DNA of 64,000 bases from Lingula anatina (lineage: Eukaryota > Animalia > Brachiopoda), in NCBI GenBank assembly GCA_051362555.1, contig CM120647.1:9610001-9674000 (forward strand), read 5' to 3'. Position 1 is the first letter of the stretch, and each line of letters starts with the position of its first letter. Positions 1 to 12,210 of the stretch are shown piece by piece. The position numbers and the translations under genes were made by a program. The notes below the pieces were generated by a model, which saw nothing but the letters and a program-made list of their open reading frames with translations, did not search any database and was not told the DNA's origin.

Positions 1-240
1 CCTCGCCCAGCTGTTGGACAAATCTATCACGATGCTAGTATTGTCCACTCTTTGTACTCTGTGGGAGAAATGGCAATGTGTACAACTTAAGAGGGGAGTT
101 GAGAGATCTGCTTTAAGGTACCTACATAATTTGAAGCAGACCCTAAGCTTTTGATCTTGATATGGCAAATTTTAATTTTCCTGCAAATTTTAACCCTTTT
201 TCCTAGTGATCGAGTCACTGTACACAACCGTGCACAGAAT
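1..240. repeat. Dispersed repeat or old duplicate; similar sequence at ~43555-43815 in the same orientation
   Basis: cgcccagctgttgga...tattgtccactctttgtact...ggggagttgag occurs at 4-102 and again at ~43557-43665, with weaker similarity continuing downstream. Confidence 0.7.
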
Positions 241-381
241 TTCGATCCATAAACTCGTTATGTCGTTGAATTTTACCACACAAGTTCCAGAATGTCATTA
301 ATACTTCATCTTGAAAGCACCAATTTATTGTTAAACATTCATATTTCTCTCCTTATCTTTATTCATCTGCTTTTGGGACGT

Positions 382-631
382 TATTGCAATAAATTTACTT
401 TTTAAAATATGCGAAAATGAAGAGCTACAGTTACCTGTAAAGATTATAACGAAATTACAAGGATGCAATAAGTGCGAGGTTCAACTATCGCATTCGGTGC
501 AACTATTGCAATAAAATTACTTTTTTTTAAATGTGCAGAAATGAAGAGCTATAGTTACCTGTAAAGTTTGTAATGGGATTACAAAGAGGATGCAGTAAGT
601 TCCAGGCTCAGCTATCGCGTTCGGTGCAACT
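382..631. repeat. Diverged two-unit tandem duplication (~125 bp unit)
   Basis: tattgcaataaa...atgaagagcta.agttacctgtaaag...tatcgc.ttcggtgcaac at 382-503 and 504-631. Confidence 0.85.
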
Positions 632-2853
632 CTCACATATCGCATTAAGTGTGAAGGTCCATTAAAGCACTGCTGACAAACTGTTAAAGATGCAATCAGA
701 GTCATTTTTTGCCACAAAACCCAACCAAATGCCGTCCAATATATGGGAATTTTACGAACTGAAGAGACGGAAAATATAGTTCAATTTATAAACAAAATTT
801 TGAAGAAAGTAAAACTATTTTTGGCCAAACGACATATCGACTTTATTTTAGTCGTATAAGAAATCTGTGAAGCGTTATTTATGCTTTACTTATATGTAAT
901 TTTAAGTTAAAAGAAAAATAAATTTTCTTGAAACTTTACAATTTTCCTAAATTGGCCGAGATATACCTTATCCAAAACCGTCAAGAAAATGAAAATCCAA
1001 CCCGAGTATGTTTCCAGTTGGACTCCCCATTTAAAAAAAAAAAACGATCATTTACAACCCTATACCTTTTATTGGACGTTCTTGCCTTCCACAATCACTT
1101 TAATATATGCTGGATGTATTGAAACAAATAAATCCGAGAATTTAAAACGTATTTATCTGAAACTTACTTATGACCTAAACTCTCCTTCACAGAAAATCCT
1201 GTTTCCTAATTATGAAACGGGTCATACGAAATAGTCTCCTGTGATATATAAACAGTTCCCCACTGTACTGGTAAATAATGTCATACTGTGATTCTTAGCT
1301 GTGCACATATGACAGAGAGCGGTCTCTGTGTTGCACAGACCCTCAATTTTTTTATACATGCATCGTATTGAACGTTAAAAGATTACTCGTCACTGCAAAA
1401 CTAAACCAATCACCCACAGGTTCATTTTTAAATGTAAATATTTTAAAATCATAATTTTAAGAAACACAGTCAATTGCAACTGCAGCGTCCCATGTTTCTA
1501 TCGACTGGCCATTCACAAATTAGTCTCACACCCGGGAAGTAATAGTAGTAATGGATGCTGCATTAACATCAGTGGACACATGTTGTTTTGAACACTGCCC
1601 ATTCTGCTCATCGTTAGAACCACGCTCAATTGACATCTCAGAGTTTGAACAACCGTCATTGCAACAACAATTTTACGCACTGCAAAACCGACCACAAGCA
1701 TGCAAAATTTCCAATTATTTTATGCAGTAGTTGCCGACATATGGATACTTTTTTGATAGAACCATGCTTTGGCACACTCATGTTTTGACCAGTCCAAAGG
1801 AGCACTACCCAATTAAATCATTGCATATTACACAATTCAGCAGTCCAATAAACATGGTAGTCAGTTAATTAGTAGCGACACACCTTTCTACACACTTCTC
1901 CATTCACATATCTTATATGATATCGGATTTCTTTGAAAAAAAGAGCGCTATTTACCTAGGCATACCTTCGAAACTAAAATATTCCATATTAAATGTCAAG
2001 TTTGTAAATAAAAAAGAGAACAATTAGTCAAATCTATAATTTTTTAATCAAAGCTTAGGTGATATAATTGAAATATAAAGTTTCACGTGATCAAAAGAGC
2101 CAGTAGCATGATTCAATATGCCGCTGCTATTTAGTGACTTATTTTTTGTTTTAATTTTGATCTGACAAACTCGCCACATTCTGCTTCGAGGGAACTGTTA
2201 TACCTGCATATTTCATGAAATGCTTTTCCTAATACCATCATCTTTCACAGGTCGATTGCCTACAAGTTCTACAAAATGTACAGTTTGGGGCAGTTTGTAC
2301 ATTCACATGTTCCATCATACAGTCACAAATCGAGGACGTGCATTTCGTCCACTTTGATTAAGATATCATACAACGTCACCCTGAGCTTCGGAGATAACTT
2401 AAAACCAATGTCTACACTATGGCATGCCCTTGCCGTTCGGTTTGTTTCAAGTTATCTCTGAAGCTCAGGGTGTTTAACGTGCGCAGTCTAGATCTATCAG
2501 GGTTGCATGGTCACGGGTTCATTCTAGTTCATCTGACATTTAGAACTGTTCTTTTTTCAACCAAATTTAGTTGCTCTCTCTCTCTCTCTCTTTCTTATGG
2601 TATTACAAGGAGTTTTATCAAATTTTGTTAAGTAAAATGTCCGAACATCCCAGTGGGCAAATTATGTTGTTTTAACGTTGAAACAACGTTGAACCATAAC
2701 GTTGATAAGACGTTGGATAAACGTTAGATTTGAACGTTGGATCAACGTCAGATAACAACATTGTTAGACAACATTCTTGCATGAGAAAACATTAAAATAA
2801 CCTGAAATTTTTTTTATTTTTGGTACAAAACACAGGTACACAATTACAACGTA

Positions 2854-3287
2854 CACTGTAAAAACATCCAAGTGCCTGGACTAACTTTGAATGCAAGAAT
2901 GGGGTCGTTGACCATTGGTAAGTACGGGAAAATTGCCGTTTACTCCAGGAAAATCCAATTTTTGGCCAAAACGAAGTGTTATTATGACTTTAAGAATAGT
3001 AACAAGTTATTGCATGGAAGTCCACTCAGCATCAGAGGAGCTGCTCCACGCGTTTAGCAGCTCCACGCACTGAGCAGAGGAAGTGTTTAGCCAATGTGTT
3101 TAGCTTTGCGATAAACTTAATTATTATAGAAACATAGCGAAGTTAAACACATAGCTTAACGTGTAACAATGCTTAACATGTCTAGCATTTTCTCCTTTTC
3201 TTCTAGAAAAGCTATCGGCGTTCCTAAACGCGTTAAGGTTTTAAACGCGTGTTATATGTGTTTAAAAGCTAAACACTTTTTACAGTG
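2854..3287. mobile_element. Non-autonomous DNA transposon (MITE), EnSpm/CACTA-like termini
   Basis: TIR CACTGTAAAAA...TTTTTACAGTG flanked by TA on both sides; lies next to an aacgttg-rich repeat starting CCCAG at ~2649; an inverted truncated copy starts at 21548. Confidence 0.75.
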
Positions 3288-3866
3288 TAGATGAAATGAG
3301 ACCCTAGAACTGAAATACCTAAGGTCATCTTAACGCTAAAAATCAACGTATATCTAACACAGCCATAGACGCATAAGAAATACATCACCAATGATACAGA
3401 TGGACATTACAGTTAATAGGGCGGAGAAAATTACTTATGGAAAAGCCGTTGAAAAACGGAATAGTGTGGTCCCTGATGAAAGGAGACAATAGAAAAGGAT
3501 GAAAACAACACATTTGAAAATTTGAATATGATTTTTCAAAAAAAAAAGTCGTATGGGGTGGGGGTGAGGTTAATTGTCCCCTGCGCTCACCTCGCAGTCT
3601 ACGACCCCACATCATTGAAACAATTCTACTAACCTACAGACCAGTTTGGATGCGCAGGTTTAAAAATATCTCTAAGTTTTTTTTTTTTTTTTTTTTTTTT
3701 GCATGTCATACTGAATTTTACTTAAACGACCACGACCACGACAAAGATGGTATGTATGATATAACTCAATTTACATAAAGGTTATCCCTCATGTTATCGA
3801 GAATCTAATATCCAACATCATATAAGGAGATGCCAACTGTTCTTTTCCTTTCAGAGAGCCACCACC

Positions 3867-5343
3867 ATGTTTGGACAAACTCTACTTGTAGCGTTGGTTT
3901 TGACGTTTTGTTTCTACAGAGAAACAGGTAGGGAAGAGTGGGATGGGCTGGGAAACACTGTTTTTTTTTTAATCTTTAGAATTATTTTAGACAAAAAATA
4001 AAATTAATTCTAATTATACCCAAAAATAAAGCAGTGGTAGTCCAGTTAAACGAAATGTTACTGTTTAATGTCAGGTTAATGCATAGATAATGCTTCAGAT
4101 CAATACTTATTGTATTTGATTGAACTACTATTGATTTATCTGACATGAATCAGTACCAAGCATTGGTCAGACAGCTGACTGAAATATTTCGTTTATTTCT
4201 TACTTTACCAAGTTAGCGGCGTCTGTATTATATCAATGGCAATGATCATGACGGTATGGGCAATATTCAACAGGTAGTTTATAATCCTCTTGCATGTGAC
4301 ATGGAACTTTCGAGTGAATAGGTGTGCGTGCGTTTGTTTTCCAAAAATTCCGCACTCGCGTAAATGGTGTTGTGCGTATATGCGTATATATATATACCGG
4401 GCTGACTGATTCCAATGCTGCCAGTATGTGTGACTTTTCTTTGGGTCTTTTCTTAAGTTATTATATGTGTTATACTTGCAGCTGGCCGTAGGTTTCTACA
4501 CTTCCCAGAACCAGCTAACAGGTTGTCTTGGTCACTATTGGAGACAAAAACCCCCGATTTGGACACTTTCACGGCCTGTGCCTGGATCAAAACCATCCGT
4601 ACCACAAGCGGCCCCATTCTCTCCTACGGCTCTAAACGCCACCCCCGGAGTATTGAGATTTCCTACAGTCCTCATGGTCATGGGTACTCTGTCATTTTAA
4701 ATGGGATGAGCGTGTTGGGCGGGTATTACGGTGGCGAGGCGCCTCTACCAGCGGACGGAAATTGGCATTTCTTGTGTGTCATGTGGAGTGGTGTCAAGAG
4801 AAAGATAGATGTCTATAGGGATGGTTTCCTCACGCTGAGTTTTCCTGTGAATGTTTCGCACATAGCTGGAGGTAAGGCCAGAGACATGGCATCTGAAAAA
4901 TAAAGACTTAATTTTCGCTATGAGTGTAATACAGTATCAATAACTGGTTTTGATTTCATGTAAGTGGTTCAGTTCTTTCAAGAGCATGACTACATATCAT
5001 AAGGCCTATGCTTTAACGTCCTTAACACTAATCCATTGCAAACATTGAAACATTGGTTAACAAAGTGAAATGACAAGTCAAATGAAAATTATTTTTCCAT
5101 TTTATAATTTCAGGTGGTGATTGGGTTGTTGGACACACCCATTTGGAGGCAGTAACTGAAGGGTATCCTAAGTATCCGTCATTCGTTGGATATGTCGGCG
5201 GCATCAATGTCTGGAACAGGGAGCCTGTGGACATTCCCGGCCTGTTCGTATGCGCCAATGGTAACGAGGGAAGTATTATATCCTGGAATACTGTCACCAA
5301 GACTAACTTCATGGTCGCGACATATGCTGCTTCGCCTTGTTAA
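3867..5343 (+). CDS. Secreted short pentraxin-family protein, copy A (coding exons 3867-3927, 4482-4871, 5114-5343; 226 aa)
   Basis: Kozak gccaccaccATG and signal peptide MFGQTLLVALVLTFCF; two phase-1 GT-AG introns; motifs LHFP, FTACAW, ILSY, DGNWHFLCVMWS (HxCxxWS), YRDG, SFVGYVGGINVWN, GSIISW. Confidence 0.85.
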
Positions 5344-5647
5344 TATTTCAATACACTTTGTTTTTGAGGCAGATACAATTGCAGAATAAAGTGAATCTCC
5401 TAAATTTACGGAAAGTTTGATATAGACGAACTCTTCAAAAATCACGCTATAACCATTTCCGTATCACGTGGACAAATATCATGTGGCCGCCACGTGATTA
5501 TACACCTTTCAAGAAAACCCAAAGACTAAGTGCTTCTCTTTCTCATGCAACTTAAGCTGAAACGTGAACTGAACATGCATCAAGCTGTACTAAACCGTAT
5601 TGTAGAGGCAAACAATAAATATGCTTTTCTGGCATTGGTGCCTTTTT

Positions 5648-5679
<32 letters not shown>

Positions 5680-6934
5680 TTTTATTTTATACATATATAT
5701 TTTTTTTTTTGGCGCATACAAGATAACAAGGACCAATATACCCCGGTATGTATTAACTATTACGCAAGGAAAAAAATTGAAAAAATAATAAACCAGGTGA
5801 AAGTTAAATCATTTCTACAAATTGATATAATGAAACTATTGCATTTAGTATTCCATGTCATCCCCATTTCATGTTTTTTTTTACACATTTTCATTTTATT
5901 AAATTCAGTTTAAGAGTATATGCTAAATAAGTACTTCAAATGATGCAGAGCTGACGTTACCTTCACTATTAAGTTAGAATACAATATAACTGCCCAAATA
6001 TCGATGAACAAAACTTTTTAAATTTTAAAATGAACTTAAGAAGGTATAAAACAGATTTTTAATGAATGATAACGAATAATAAACTTGTTTTAAAAGTAAA
6101 TTAGAATTTCAATCTTAAATAGCCAGTTATTTCACAAAACCTTGACTTTTAACAATAAACTATATATACATGTAGCTCTGCTGCACGCAAAATGTTGTGG
6201 ACTATATGAGGTTTCAACCTGCCCCGAGCTAAGTGCCCGCTCTCAAAGGTTTCCAGCCGTTTTTGGTTCTTAAATGGACTATATTGTACGATAAGACATT
6301 TCTGTGAAATCTGAATCAATAGCTTTATTTTGATGCCCTGTACGCAAACCTCATTCGATCACAAACCTATGTAATGGAATTTTTAAGCAATTTAAAAAAG
6401 TTACTTTTAAATGCAGAATTAATTATTTTCTTTGGAGACGCCGCACTAGAGAAACTTTTTTACTGCCGAAACTTTCTTGGCCTCGTTGGATATGATCACT
6501 TTGCAAGATAATGTGATACTTGTTTTGTTACCACGTAGTTTTTCCCATTAATTGACGAGTGGCTTACTTACCCTGGGGATCAAACTAGCCCGGTCTCCCG
6601 TAAGTTGATTTTTATAGCATTTAAGTAAATGAAGAAAGTAAACTTTGATTAAATAGTTAGAAAATGGCTTTGCGTCAATATGTTTAACTAATTGCACAAA
6701 GCAACTATATTTTCAAATTTGTTCTGTGAAGCCGTAAACCGACCGGTTTTGGTTGAACGCGTCTGATAGGGATCACCCACAGTCTGCATTATGAAAATTT
6801 CACAAGCACCCTGCTACCGAGGGAATGGAAATTTGTTTTCACCAGTTTTTGGACTGTTCACATGGCTGAGCAGTCGCATTTGCTAAATTACGGAAATACA
6901 TTTTATACTACATAAGCTATCGAGTATATATATT

Positions 6935-9795
6935 TGTTTCACTAAAACCCAAACCCTCAAAATACATGTGGGACAAAGATTCAAAAGAAAAATTTTATGA
7001 TGCACTCCTAAGCACTGAATGTCAAAAACATATATCAGACCTCCTCCAAACAAATCACTCAGAGACTCTAGTAGGCAAGTTTAATACTCTAATGCAATTG
7101 GCTGCAGAAAAATCACTGAGGTGCATAACTAAATACAAAACAAGACAAAAAACAAAGCCATGGTATACTAAAACACTAGCAGATATGAAAAAACACGTAA
7201 AATCTCTAGCAAAGGCTCATTCTAAGCATCCTTATGACCCAGTGGTTTCAGGGAAATACTTTACGGCACTCAATAAGTATAAAAGGGCTTGTAAAAAGGC
7301 ATCTTCTCAGCATAGGGCTAGTCTTCTGGAGAGATTACAATCTATGGAGTCGGAAAATCCTAAGGCTTTTTGGAAGACAGTACAAGAGTTAAATGTTAAG
7401 AACACAATACCGAACCCAGCCGAGCACATAGATCCTCTCACATTCTATCACCATTTTGAGAAATTGAACATGACAGGTGAAAATAAGCAATATAATGACG
7501 GATTTAAAGTTGAGATAGAGAAAAAACTAGTGGTATTGGAATCACAAAACTCCAGCAAAAACTGTCTAGATTATGAATTCACTCCTGATGATATTATGAA
7601 GCAAATTAATTTGCTTATAAACAATAAAGCACCTGGGGAAGATAAAATCAGCAACGAAATGCTAAAAGCAGGTAAAACAATCATCCTCCCAGTGTTACAT
7701 AAACTTTTCAATGCTGTATTTCATAGTGGAATCTACCCTAAGATCTGGAACCACAGCTACATACATGTAGTACCCCTTCTTAAGTCAGGTGATCCTAGTG
7801 TGGTTGACAATTATCGTGGTATTTCCATCTCAAGTTGTGTCGGCAAACTTTACAATTCCCTTCTCTTGAACAGACTGAAAGCTTTCTGTGCAGATAAGAA
7901 TGTTCCCATAGCTAACCAGGCTGGATTCAGGGATGGCTACAGTACCTCAAATAATCTATTTATTCTAAAATCCCTGATTACAAAATTCTCAAGGTCAAAA
8001 AAACGGTTGTATACATGTTTTGTGGATTTCAGTAAGGCCTTTGACTGTGTCTGGAGGAATGGTCTGCTTTTCAAACTGCTTAATATAGATGTAGGTGGAA
8101 AATTCTACAATAACATAAAATCGATATACGAAAACTCCACCGCATGTGTCAAAACTACCCATGGACTGACAGATTCTTTCCCAACATTTAGAGGAGTTAA
8201 GCAAGGAGATACACTGAGCCCCTTCCTTTTTAATATATACATTGATGACATACTTAGACTTATAGATGAATCCCAAAGCAAAGCTCCATCACTTGATGGA
8301 AAACCTGTTACTGGTCTTTTCTATGCTGATGATCTAGTTTTGTTTTCGGCAAGCGCCTCAGGCCTTCAGCACAGTTTAAAATGTTTGGAAGAATACTGTG
8401 ATAGATGGAGGTTATCTGTTAACTTAAAAAAGACTAAAGTTGTTATTTTTAATAGTAAGGGAAAAATACATGATCACACTGGTGTTAATACAGAACATTT
8501 TTATCTCCATAACCAGTTGGTACCAGTAGCAACAAGCTACCTATACCTAGGTCTCCTCTTCACAAGATCCGGCTCGCTAGCCCCTGCACAACAAAATTTA
8601 CATGACAGAGCACAAAAGGCCTTTTTCAGTCTCAAGCGCAATCGTCCTCTGGCTAGTACCATTCCCACCTCCTTAAAAGAAAAGCTTTATGACACACTGA
8701 TTTCCCCAGTTGCAACATATGGAGCAGAAATATGGGGGTTCACTCCATTTAATGATAAATCGCCAATAGAAAAAATACATCTTCAATTTTGCAAGCAGCT
8801 TTTAGGGGTGCATTCCAAGTCTTGTAATTATGCTGTCCGAGGAGAACTTGGGCGCCTACCAAGCTACACAAAAATCCAAATACAAGTGATCAAATACTGG
8901 GTCAAAATTTTACACTTAGATGATGGTGTTCTACTAAAACGGGCATACTTAGATGAACTAAAACACTTTGATCTTCTGTCAAATACTAACCTTCACAACA
9001 CACGCCACAGTATGTCATGGAGTGAAGGAGTAAAGAAAATTCTTGTAGAAAATGGGTTCGGAGACGTATGGGTCAAACAGAAAGTAGACAAAAACTTCAT
9101 GAAATCTTTTAGCGTTAGACTTAGAGACAGTAGTATACAACTTTGGCATAGTAGGATATCGCAAGAAAATCTCAAATTGAGAAGGTATAAAACTTTCAAA
9201 CTTCATTTTGAGAAAGAAAAATATCTTGATATAATACAAGATAAAGAAAAACGTCAAACCCTAACCAAATTCAGAATCAGCAGCCACAATTTGCACATAG
9301 AAACAGGTCGCCACGTCAAGGGTAAACCAACACCAGTCGAAGACAGAAAATGCCAAATCTGCCACTCTGGATTTATAGAGGATGAAGAACACTTCTTAAT
9401 TACCTGCCCTCTGTATACAGAACACAGAAAAGAACTCTTTAAAATAATACAAAGCAGCCACACATGCTTTGCACATTTAAACAACAAAGATAAATTCCAC
9501 TTTATAATGAATAATCCATACGAAACAGTGATAATTTCCTTGGCCAAATTCCTTAACCTTGCTTTTAACAAAAGAAACTGTGCTATATCTTCAACGTCAT
9601 GATGTCTATCAATAACTACTATAAATACGAAGATTTAGTTCACATAGTAAAAACATTGGTACATTTCTATACATGTATTTTGGTGCTATTTATCTATGTA
9701 TTTTGCTATTACTATTATCATTATTATTGCTGCTATTACCTTATCTATGTACATTTTCACCAGCTCAGGCTGGTGCAGAAAGTATGAATAAAGCA
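6935..9795 (+). mobile_element. 5'-truncated non-LTR retrotransposon (LINE; RTE/RTEX-like by C-terminal motifs)
   Basis: Absent from the right palindrome arm (empty site at ~13260-13270); flanked by TATATATATT at 6925-6934 and 9796-9805; AATAAA at 9787; contains an RT ORF. Confidence 0.9.
6966..9602 (+). CDS. LINE ORF2 fragment: reverse transcriptase plus C-terminal CCHC finger (endonuclease lost by 5' truncation)
   Basis: KAPGEDKI, NYRGISI, NQAGFR, FVDFSKAFD, GVKQGDTLSPFLFNIYI, catalytic YADD, YLYLG, FRISSHNLHIETGR, CQIC...DEEHFLITC; 878 codons with no stop. Confidence 0.95.
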   Translation: MWDKDSKEKFYDALLSTECQKHISDLLQTNHSETLVGKFNTLMQLAAEKSLRCITKYKTRQKTKPWYTKTLADMKKHVKSLAKAHSKHPYDPVVSGKYFTALNKYKRACKKASSQHRASLLERLQSMESENPKAFWKTVQELNVKNTIPNPAEHIDPLTFYHHFEKLNMTGENKQYNDGFKVEIEKKLVVLESQNSSKNCLDYEFTPDDIMKQINLLINNKAPGEDKISNEMLKAGKTIILPVLHKLFNAVFHSGIYPKIWNHSYIHVVPLLKSGDPSVVDNYRGISISSCVGKLYNSLLLNRLKAFCADKNVPIANQAGFRDGYSTSNNLFILKSLITKFSRSKKRLYTCFVDFSKAFDCVWRNGLLFKLLNIDVGGKFYNNIKSIYENSTACVKTTHGLTDSFPTFRGVKQGDTLSPFLFNIYIDDILRLIDESQSKAPSLDGKPVTGLFYADDLVLFSASASGLQHSLKCLEEYCDRWRLSVNLKKTKVVIFNSKGKIHDHTGVNTEHFYLHNQLVPVATSYLYLGLLFTRSGSLAPAQQNLHDRAQKAFFSLKRNRPLASTIPTSLKEKLYDTLISPVATYGAEIWGFTPFNDKSPIEKIHLQFCKQLLGVHSKSCNYAVRGELGRLPSYTKIQIQVIKYWVKILHLDDGVLLKRAYLDELKHFDLLSNTNLHNTRHSMSWSEGVKKILVENGFGDVWVKQKVDKNFMKSFSVRLRDSSIQLWHSRISQENLKLRRYKTFKLHFEKEKYLDIIQDKEKRQTLTKFRISSHNLHIETGRHVKGKPTPVEDRKCQICHSGFIEDEEHFLITCPLYTEHRKELFKIIQSSHTCFAHLNNKDKFHFIMNNPYETVIISLAKFLNLAFNKRNCAISSTS

Positions 9796-10407
9796 TATAT
9801 ATATTCTCGCCCTTCAGGGTATTTGAGTAGTAAGAAATCAGCCTGAGGGTTACCATCGGCCTGCGGATTGACGTTTGGATCGTTTGTTCCTTAACTTCAT
9901 TTTTATTAGGGGTGGGAGGATCTATTGCTCCCAATGCTTTTTTAAAAATTGTTTTTTTTTACATTTTAAAAAACCCTTTATATATTTCTTGTGTATTTAT
10001 CATCATTTTGTTTGTTTTTAAAAATCCTATCTTGTCTTTTTTATTTTCAGTCGCGTATCATTGTTTATAGTGCGCTTGCCCTGCAGTTTTTTTCCAGTTC
10101 ATTATTGTGTTGTTTCAACAAGCTGGTAAACAAACAGTTAAGCAAAGGCTTGGACGCCGTGCGCGCCTTACTGTTTGTTGTATAAATCATTTAGACACAA
10201 AGATATTTGATATAAATGTTTGAGTATAAGGACAAATACTGGTTTTGTCCACTGCATGCCTTATAAAAACTTTATAATGCTCTCCTGTTAAATGCATGTT
10301 TCTAAAGGGGTTGAGATCTATTGCATCCTCCCAAAATCGTTTTAATGCCATTCGTATCATTACGATGACGAAATCAATATTGTATATCTAAAATTCATGT
10401 TTCGGAT

Positions 10408-10459
<52 letters not shown>

Positions 10460-11496
10460 CAACTAAATCGGGCATTGGGATATTTTAAATTTATCGATTT
10501 AAACACATCCCCACAAAGAAAAAGTCATGATTGCAGCCCTTAAAGGAATGAAATCTAGAGGATGTTGTTTCAATACGTATTTGGACTTGCGGGTGATCGC
10601 ATTAATGGAAAAAGACAGCTTGCATATTGAAATTACACTTTTCCATGCAAACAGAAATTATCATGTTCGTCGCAAAGGTTGATCAGTGTGTTTCTTAATG
10701 ATTTCAAGTCAAAATTTGACTTTCTAAAATCCATCTTAGATCTTAAACATTGATAAAAAACAGTGCGGTTTAACGGAATCTTGGTCATCTAATGAAGGAT
10801 CGGCACGGAGTTTGTTCGACTATTCTCACTTTCAATACCATAATTAGAAGTAGCGAGTGGTTATCGCTATCGCTACGCGGGTCTGTCGCCGTCTAGTGGT
10901 GCACAGAAATGCCAAGTAGATAAAAGAACGTTATATCTACTTTTCCATTTAATAAGATTTAACACAAGGAAATACAATTCATCTCATTTTCCATGAATAG
11001 TCTTTCATGGGCCACTGTTATCATTATTGGTAATCAGCCACATAGAAATACTTGGCGAAGGCAAATAACTATATATATATATATCATATTTATACAAGAC
11101 CGATATACATGTAGTTCTATTGTCTCTGGCAGTACTTATTGGCTTTCATATGTTATTATGCTATATAATGTTTTTGCATTATTTTAGGCCTTAATGTCGC
11201 AGAAAGAGAAATTGATAGGTGGTACATTGTTAGTAGTGTTTTTTTTTTAACACGACGCTCGTAAACTTAGATGTTCAAATAATATACGTTTGCACACAAA
11301 TGTTAGAGCTAATTTTGTGCCATTACCTCTTTTATATACAAAATATGCCTATATTAATGGCCCTATATAGGCCCTTATAAGAAATTTGCAAAAACTTCTG
11401 TAGGATCCTATGTCACCTCATATGGTTAAATTGATTGATTGACACAACAAGCCAAGGGACATTTTATAGTGTTACCATCAGGTTGATTCTTGCATC

Positions 11497-12110
11497 TTAA
11501 CGGTGTTCTTGTAGCAGCTGCTGTGATTCAGCGAGCATTTTTCAAACGTAAGTCACATCAAAGGTCTGAACATAATAGGGTGGTTCACATACGGAGAAGC
11601 AGATTAAATGAGTACAAACCAGGGCCCAGTTTTATAAAGGACGTTTAGCACTAACCAGTGTTTAACTCTAACCAGACTAATAGTCTGTTAGTAAACTGAC
11701 CTTTAAATAATTATTTAATCCAGTTAAACACTGGCCAGTTAACTAATTGGCTGTTTTCCGTCAGAAGACTGTACATAAAACACATTTTAACCATCTTTTA
11801 GTTAACGGTGTTCTTGTAGCAACTGCTGTGATTCAGCGAGCATTTTTCAAACGTAAGTCACATCAAAGGTCTGAACATAATAGGGTGGTTCAAATACGGA
11901 GAAGCAGATTAAATGAGTACAAACCAGGGCCCAGTTTTATAAAGGACGTTTAGCACTAACCAGTGTTTAACTCTAACCACACTAATAGTCTGTTAGTAAA
12001 CTGACCTTTAAATAATTATTTAATCCAGTTAAACACTGGCCAGTTAACTAATTGGCTGTTTTCCATCAGAAGACTGTACATAAAACACATTTTAACCATC
12101 TTTTAGTTAA
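11497..12110. repeat. Near-identical 305-bp tandem duplication at the palindrome centre
   Basis: ttaacggtgttcttgtagca... starts at 11497 and again at 11802; only a few mismatches; each unit carries the left end of the adjacent MITE. Confidence 0.9.
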
Positions 12111-12173
12111 TGGGTGTTAGGGGAATTTATCCACTGGTTAGTGCTAAACGTCCTTTATAAAACTGGGCCCTGG
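11924..12173. mobile_element. MITE with ~45-bp TIRs, PIF/Harbinger-like termini
   Basis: ccagggcccagttttataaaggacgtttagcactaaccagtg ... cactggttagtgctaaacgtcctttataaaactgggccctgg. Confidence 0.8.
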
Positions 12174-12210
12174 ATTTGTATTCACTCGGCTGTTCTGAAT
12201 ACATTAAGAC

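Larger units (their letters stand above)
3413..11190 (+). repeat. Left arm of large inverted segmental duplication (interrupted by LINE 6935-9795)
   Basis: 3413-6925 is the reverse complement of ~13265-16951; ~9805-10685 pairs with ~12550-13260; ~11045-11165 pairs with ~12315-12430. Confidence 0.9.

Noticed and set aside
4212-4252. Possible extra pentraxin mini-exon (AG...ACG|GTATGG)
   Set aside because: 41 nt would break the frame between the two phase-1 flanking exons
5530-5913. 127-aa hydrophobic ORF
   Set aside because: Arises from TTTC and poly-T low-complexity sequence and is not conserved in the other arm
10408-10459. Long poly-T tract (also poly-A 54969-55020, (TA)n 48161-48220 and (GA)n tracts)
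   Set aside because: Simple repeats; the partner arm has only a short A-run and there is no retrocopy evidence
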